NCBI GenBank assembly: GCA_963720545.1
Contig: OY970399.1
Coordinates: 2,848,001-2,912,000, forward strand
From: an uncultured Acidobacteriota bacterium
Lineage (GTDB): Bacteria; Acidobacteriota; Vicinamibacteria; Fen-336
Length of the DNA stretch: 64,000 bases
Direction of reading: 5' to 3'
Below are positions 60,803 to 64,000 of the stretch, piece by piece. The first letter of the stretch is position 1; every line of letters begins with the position of its first letter. The position numbers and the translations under genes were made by a program. A model generated the notes under the pieces. The model made no database searches. It was not told the origin of the DNA and was given only the letters and a program-made list of their open reading frames with translations.

Positions 60803-62281
60803 GTGACCGGCGTCTGCGTCAGCCTGATCGCGTCACAGACCCCGGACCTGCTGCGCGACCTCTCGGCCGCTGAGGAGCTCGCTGACGTCATCGAGATCCG
60901 CGGCGACCGCGGACCGCTTCTCGACCTGAGGCAGATCCGGGCGGCGTCCTCCAAGGCGCTGCTCTACACCTGCCGCTCGGCTTCGCAGGGCGGCGCACTG
61001 GGCGACGACGACTCGCTGCGGGTTTCGCTCCTCGAAAAGGCGATCGTCGCGGGCTTCGACTACATCGACGTCGAGCTCGACAGCCTGCCGGCGATGGCGG
61101 GCCTGGTCGCCGGGCGCGAGGGCGCGGCGGTGGTTGTCTCCCATCACGACCTCGCCGGTACCCCGCAGGACCTCGACGCGCTCTATGCGCGCATGTGCGC
61201 CGCGGGCGCCGACATCGTCAAGATCGTGACCACGCCGCATTCGGTCGGCGACGTCGCGCGGCTGTTGGCGTTCGCGCGCCGCACACAGGGCACGGGGCCG
61301 CGGCCGCTCATTACGCTCGCCCTGGGCGCCATGGGGCAGGCAACCCGGGTGCTCGCTGCGCTGAGCGGAGCGCCGTTCACCTACGCGAGCCTGCGGCGCG
61401 GTGCCGAGGCTGCACCGGGACAGATCCCGGCGGCGGAGCTGCTCGATATCTACCGCATCCACTCGCTGTCGCCCGCCACCGCCGTCTACGGCCTGGTCGG
61501 GCGCGACGTCACCCACAGCCTGTCGCCGGCGATCCACAACGCGGCGTGCGCTGCCGCCGGCATCGACGCGGTGTACGTGCCGTTCTCGGCCGACGACTTC
61601 GCGGCGTTCATGACGCTCGCCGACGTCGCCGACCTTTCGGGCTTCAGCGTGACACGGCCGTTCAAGGCGGACGCGCTCGGCTTCGCGTCGGCCGCGGCGG
61701 CATCGCCCGCGGCGGCCGCGGGCAGCGTCAACACCATGACCCGGCGCGGCGGCGCCTGGCTCGCCTCGTCCACCGACGGCCGCGGCGTGTGCGCGCCGCT
61801 CGCGGCGCTGCGCGGCCTCGCCGACGCGCGGGTGCTGGTGCTGGGTGCCGGCGGCGCGGCGCGCGCCGCGGCCGTGGCGCTCGCCGCCGAGCGTGCCGCG
61901 GTCACAATCACGGCGCGCTCCGACCAGAAGGCGCGCGCCGTCGCCGAAGAACTGCACGTCTCGCTGTCCTCGTGGGTCGATCGCGCGGTGGCGCACTACG
62001 ACATCGTCATCAACGCGACGCCCGCCGGCTCGCACGAGGCGGTGGACGAGACGCCGGTGCCCGCCGAGCGCCTGATGGCGGACGCGATCATCTTCGACAT
62101 GGTGTATGCACCGGTGGAGACGCGGCTGCTGCGCGATGCCGCGGCGGCCGGATGCCGCACCGTGGACGGCATCGCGATGCTGGTGGCGCAGGCGGCGCCG
62201 CAATTCGAGGAGTGGCACGCGCGTGCGGCGCCGGTCGCGGCGATGGAGCGCGCGGCGCGGCGCGCGGCTGCGGCGGCATGA
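60803..62281 (+). CDS. aroDE: Bifunctional type I 3-dehydroquinate dehydratase / shikimate dehydrogenase
   Basis: 'IEIRGD..YIDVEL..VSHHD..DIVKI..APGQ' followed by 'HSLSPAIHN..SVTRPFK..SVNT..GAGGAARA..DMVY'. Confidence 0.9.
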   Translation: MTGVCVSLIASQTPDLLRDLSAAEELADVIEIRGDRGPLLDLRQIRAASSKALLYTCRSASQGGALGDDDSLRVSLLEKAIVAGFDYIDVELDSLPAMAGLVAGREGAAVVVSHHDLAGTPQDLDALYARMCAAGADIVKIVTTPHSVGDVARLLAFARRTQGTGPRPLITLALGAMGQATRVLAALSGAPFTYASLRRGAEAAPGQIPAAELLDIYRIHSLSPATAVYGLVGRDVTHSLSPAIHNAACAAAGIDAVYVPFSADDFAAFMTLADVADLSGFSVTRPFKADALGFASAAAASPAAAAGSVNTMTRRGGAWLASSTDGRGVCAPLAALRGLADARVLVLGAGGAARAAAVALAAERAAVTITARSDQKARAVAEELHVSLSSWVDRAVAHYDIVINATPAGSHEAVDETPVPAERLMADAIIFDMVYAPVETRLLRDAAAAGCRTVDGIAMLVAQAAPQFEEWHARAAPVAAMERAARRAAAAA

Positions 62282-63303
62282 GCGCGGCTTCGGACCGGTA
62301 CTCGCGCCAGGAACTGTTCGCCGGCATCGGCGCTCGCGGACAGGCGCGCATCCGCGGCGCGCGCGTGCTGGTGGCGGGCGCCGGTGCCCTCGGCTCGATG
62401 CTCGCCGAGACCCTGGCGCGCGCCGGGGTCGCGGCGCTCACCGTCGTCGACCGCGATTACGTCGAGGCCTCGAACCTGCAGCGCCAGTCGCTCTACACCG
62501 AAGCCGATGCCGCCTCCGGCCTACCGAAGGCCGTGGCCGCGGAGGCGCGCCTGCGCACCGTCAACTCCGAAGTCACGGTGCGCGGCGTGGTCGCCGACAT
62601 CAACCCGCGGAACGCGGCGGGGCTCTTCGCCGCGCACGACCTCGTGGTCGACGGCACCGACAACTTCGAGACCCGCTTCCTCATCAACGATGTGTGCGTC
62701 CGCACCGGCGTGCCGTGGGTCTACGGCGCCTGCGTCGGCTCCTACGGCATCGTGCTCGCGGTCCGCCCGGGCGAGACGCCGTGCCTGCGCTGCCTGCTCG
62801 AGGAGCTGCCGGCGCCGGGATCGGCGGAAACCTGCGACACGGCCGGCGTGATCGCGCCGATCGTGCAGGTGGTGGCCGGGGTGCAGGGCGCTGAGGCGCT
62901 GAAGCTGCTCGCGGGCGCTGCCGACCGCCTGCTGCCGGGCTACCTGCTCGCCGACGTCTGGAGCGGCGACTTCACCGTGGTTTCTCTCGCAGGCCGCGCG
63001 CCATCGTGTCCCGCGTGTACCGCCGCGCGCTTCGAGTACGAGGATGCGCCAGCCGCCGGTGCCGTCACGCTCTGCGGCCGCGGCGCGATGCACGTGCGCC
63101 CGGCGGGCACCGCGCCCGTCGACCTGGCGGCGCTTGCGCCGCGGCTGCAGGGCGTTGGCCCGGTGATCGTCAACGAGCATCTCGCCCGCGCTTCCGGCCC
63201 CGAAATGGAGATCGCCGTGTTTCGCGACGGGCGCGCCATCATCAAGGGAGCTCGCGACCTGGCCCATGCGCGCAGCCTGTACGCGCGCTACGTCGGAGCG
63301 TGA
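62278..63303 (+). CDS. ThiF/MoeB family adenylyltransferase
   Basis: 'RYSRQ', 'GAGALGS', 'DRDYVEASNLQRQ', 'DGTDNF', CLRC and CPAC Zn motifs. Confidence 0.92.
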   Translation: MSAASDRYSRQELFAGIGARGQARIRGARVLVAGAGALGSMLAETLARAGVAALTVVDRDYVEASNLQRQSLYTEADAASGLPKAVAAEARLRTVNSEVTVRGVVADINPRNAAGLFAAHDLVVDGTDNFETRFLINDVCVRTGVPWVYGACVGSYGIVLAVRPGETPCLRCLLEELPAPGSAETCDTAGVIAPIVQVVAGVQGAEALKLLAGAADRLLPGYLLADVWSGDFTVVSLAGRAPSCPACTAARFEYEDAPAAGAVTLCGRGAMHVRPAGTAPVDLAALAPRLQGVGPVIVNEHLARASGPEMEIAVFRDGRAIIKGARDLAHARSLYARYVGA

Positions 63304-64000
63304 TGACCATGACGAAGACGCGCGGCAAGGTCGAGATTCCGGCGGGCGTGCAGTGTTTCGTCGGCGCCGAGGCGCGCCGCCGGCGCGCGATCGAGGAGCA
63401 GGCGGTGCGCGTCTTCGAGGGCTGGGACTACGAAGAGATCATCCCGCCGCTCTTCGACTATGCCGACGTGTTCGCGGAAAGCTCGCTGCGCGACAAGACC
63501 TACTCGTTCGTGGCGCGCGACGGCAGCGTGCTGGCGCTGCGGCCCGACTTCACCGGCCTGATCGCGAAGCTCGCCGCGGGCCGGCTTGCCGACCGCGAGC
63601 CGCCACTGCGCCTCTACTACTCGGGCGAGGTGCTGCGCTGGGAGCCGCCGAAGGCCGGGCGCCAGAGCGAGCTCTACCAGATGGGGCTCGAACACCTGGG
63701 CGGCGCGCGCGCCGCGGGCGATGTCGAAGTGCTGGCGATCGCGTGCGAGACGCTCGAGTCGCTGGGCGCGCGCGAGTTCGTGCTCGCCATCGGCCACGTC
63801 GGAGTGTTCGAGGCGCTGGCGGCCGAGCTGCGCCTCGAGCCGGTGGAGACGGCGCTGGTACGCGAGAGGATCGCATCGAAGGACGGCGCCGGCGTGCGTG
63901 AAGCGCTGCAGCGCGCTGGCCGCTCCGGTCCCGCCGCCGAATCGTTGTGCGCGCTCGTCTCGTGGACCGGCGAGCCCGCGGTGCTCACCGCGGCTGCGCA
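63303..64000 (+). CDS. hisZ: ATP phosphoribosyltransferase regulatory subunit HisZ (3'-truncated by window edge)
   Basis: Hand translation from ATG 63303: 'IPAGVQCF..WDYEEIIPPLFDY..LALRPDFT..RLYYSGEVLR..SELYQMGLE..IGHVG'; open to the end of the window. Confidence 0.88.
   Translation, partial: MTMTKTRGKVEIPAGVQCFVGAEARRRRAIEEQAVRVFEGWDYEEIIPPLFDYADVFAESSLRDKTYSFVARDGSVLALRPDFTGLIAKLAAGRLADREPPLRLYYSGEVLRWEPPKAGRQSELYQMGLEHLGGARAAGDVEVLAIACETLESLGAREFVLAIGHVGVFEALAAELRLEPVETALVRERIASKDGAGVREALQRAGRSGPAAESLCALVSWTGEPAVLTAAA

Noticed and set aside
60803..62281. AroD-AroE fusion as a novelty
   Set aside because: Type I dehydroquinase/shikimate dehydrogenase fusions are already well known in several bacterial phyla and plants.

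Overview
A high-GC bacterial window (possibly Acidobacteriota-like; this is an inference) dominated by a ~49 kb respiratory supercluster. (1) 1-7.1 kb: the tail of a canonical alternative complex III (ACIII; actD-E-F-G-like) followed by sco and an A2-type caa3 oxidase operon. (2) 7.5-13.2 kb: an RND efflux operon. (3) 13.3-22.4 kb: actA-actB-actE running directly into a CydA-like 'bd-like' membrane protein with no Q-loop and no CydB, two monoheme cytochromes c and a diheme cytochrome c with an ethylbenzene-dehydrogenase-gamma-type heme-b domain. This resembles the unexplained bd-like modules of Nitrospira-type organisms. (4) 29.3-37.2 kb, minus strand: the missing ACIII membrane arm (apparently fused actC-actD, then actF), a cupredoxin-motif protein and a second, HPEVY-type heme-copper oxidase whose K-channel lysine is replaced by Ile. 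(5) 37.8-48.7 kb: a putative cofactor-maturation or heme-sensing module (Mrp/ApbC, Zn-ribbon-PCP_red, ferredoxin, split-barrel protein, tandem USP-PCP_red protein with Cys-Pro motifs, AhbC/D-like radical SAM-SPASM-PCP_red). It is interrupted by a two-gene cassette bounded by ~75 bp direct repeats. A 3x ~74 bp hairpin array lies at 22.8-23.0 kb. The remaining 48.7-64 kb is ordinary accessory and housekeeping genes (peptidases, OCD, Prx, OsmC, htpX, aroD/E fusion, ThiF/MoeB, hisZ). Several act genes carry frameshifts, most likely sequencing indels. All family assignments come from motif recognition by eye; no searches were run.
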